NCBI GenBank assembly: GCA_022750295.1
Contig: JAKIVZ010000007.1
Coordinates: 21,808 to 85,807, forward strand
DNA from: Candidatus Lutacidiplasma silvani
GTDB lineage: Archaea; Thermoplasmatota; Thermoplasmata; Lutacidiplasmatales; UBA184
Direction of reading: 5' to 3'
Length of the DNA: 64,000 nt
Shown: positions 63,164 to 64,000 of the stretch, piece by piece
Layout: every line of letters starts with the position of its first letter
Position numbering within the stretch: position 1 is the first letter of the stretch
The notes under the pieces: model-generated
What the model saw: only the letters and a program-made list of their open reading frames with translations
Database searches by the model: none
What the model was told of the DNA's origin: nothing
Program-made: the position numbers and the translations under genes

Positions 63164-64000
63164 ATGCGATCGCAAGTCAGCTGGGCAAGTCGGCGGGTCG
63201 AGACGACGAGCTCAGTGATCCTCGTCCTGGCCGCACTGACCCTTTCGGGCCTCTCGGTCGGGGTCGGGGCGTCGCCGGTCGGACCGTCGGTCCGGATCGG
63301 GTCCGTTCCGGCCGCGACCCACACCCCCTCCGGACCAAATCCGTCCATCCAGCACGTGGTCGTCGTGCCGCTCGAGAACGAGGAGCTTTCCGAGGTGTGG
63401 GCGAACGGGCCGTACGAACGGTACCTCGCGGCGAACTACGGGAACGCCACGAACTACTACGCTGCCTGCCATCCGTCGGCCCCAAACTACCTCGGGATGT
63501 TCGCAGCCGTTGCCAACCAGTGCGGTTCGGACAGCTGGGCAAACTACACGAACGCGACACTCGCGGGCGAATTCGACGCCGCGAGCCTCACGTGGGGTCA
63601 GTACGCGGAAAGCCTGCCGGGGAACGCCTGTTCCAGCCCGGGCACTGCCACGGCCGGGATGTTCGCGACCCGCCACACCCCGGCCCTCTGGTTCGCATCG
63701 ATCCTAGGCAACCAGAGCTATTGCAATGCGCATGTTCTCAGCTCGAGCGCCTTCAATGGCTCGGTTGCGAACGGTACCCTGCGCAACTACTCTTACTACA
63801 CTCCGAACCTTTGCGACGACGGCCACAACGGGTGCGGCAACAACACGACGGACGCCCAGATGACACTCCAAGCCGACACGTGGCTGCGCGACTGGCTGAG
63901 CCCGATCCTCAATCACACCGGGGGGTACGACACGCCCGAGGAGGAGGAAACAATCAACCACACCGCCTTCATCCTGACGTGGGACGAGGGGACCGGGAGC
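63164..64000 (+). CDS. phosphoesterase-family protein, HPSxPNY subtype (3' end beyond the window)
   Basis: My own translation from the ATG at 63164: signal VILVLAALTLSGLSVGVGA; IQHVVVVPLENE, CHPSAPNYLGMF, TPNLCDDGHN, FILTWDEG. The frame is open to position 64000, and it is not in the ORF track because it has no stop. Confidence 0.8.
   Translation, partial: MRSQVSWASRRVETTSSVILVLAALTLSGLSVGVGASPVGPSVRIGSVPAATHTPSGPNPSIQHVVVVPLENEELSEVWANGPYERYLAANYGNATNYYAACHPSAPNYLGMFAAVANQCGSDSWANYTNATLAGEFDAASLTWGQYAESLPGNACSSPGTATAGMFATRHTPALWFASILGNQSYCNAHVLSSSAFNGSVANGTLRNYSYYTPNLCDDGHNGCGNNTTDAQMTLQADTWLRDWLSPILNHTGGYDTPEEEETINHTAFILTWDEGTGS

Noticed and set aside
1-64000. CRISPR arrays, rRNA genes, transposases/integrases, prophage or toxin-antitoxin modules
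   Set aside because: No regularly spaced direct repeats, no rRNA-like conserved stretches, and no DDE/tyrosine-recombinase or typical TA motifs were seen in any frame. Absence is judged by eye only.

Overview
A 64-kb, very GC-rich archaeal chromosomal segment. Archaeal identity rests on TBP, RFC large subunit, ABCE1, an mre11-rad50 pair, and TATA-like boxes about 25-35 nt upstream of many start codons. The lineage cannot be assigned without a database search; the secreted-protein repertoire resembles an uncultured high-GC euryarchaeon. I could support no rRNA, tRNA, CRISPR array, transposase or integrase. Almost every real gene is shadowed by long Arg/Gly/Pro-rich antisense or off-frame ORFs, which are a high-GC artefact; I chose frames by recognisable motifs and amino-acid composition.

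Content falls into three blocks:
- (i) 0.2-5.6 kb: mre11-rad50 and an aldo/keto reductase.
- (ii) 8-27.6 kb: an iron-sulfur and sulfur-transfer neighbourhood. It holds a translationally coupled NifU/SufU-like - ferredoxin - B12-radical-SAM operon, TBP, a scrambled sufC-sufS / sufB / inverted sufD set with a SufR-like regulator, a JAMM protease plus a ubiquitin-like::E1::rhodanese fusion gene, ABCE1 abutting a MacB-type ABC exporter, MptA, and a DUF59/SufT-like protein.
- (iii) A secretome-rich remainder. It holds Kelch/PKD and Ig-repeat surface proteins, a vWA-like Cys-rich protein, an ABC-2 exporter, three phosphoesterase-family genes, two convergent GH-A-like paralogs, and two copies of an uncharacterised secreted family each next to a phosphoesterase. 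Housekeeping genes are interspersed: RFC-L, Bcp, OsmC, HtrA, a tryptophanase-family lyase, MarC and DUF1684.

The most interesting candidate is the two-gene JAMM + Ubl::E1::RHD module (17446-19397). Next is the repeated family-A/phosphoesterase/GH-like island (44.6-64 kb).
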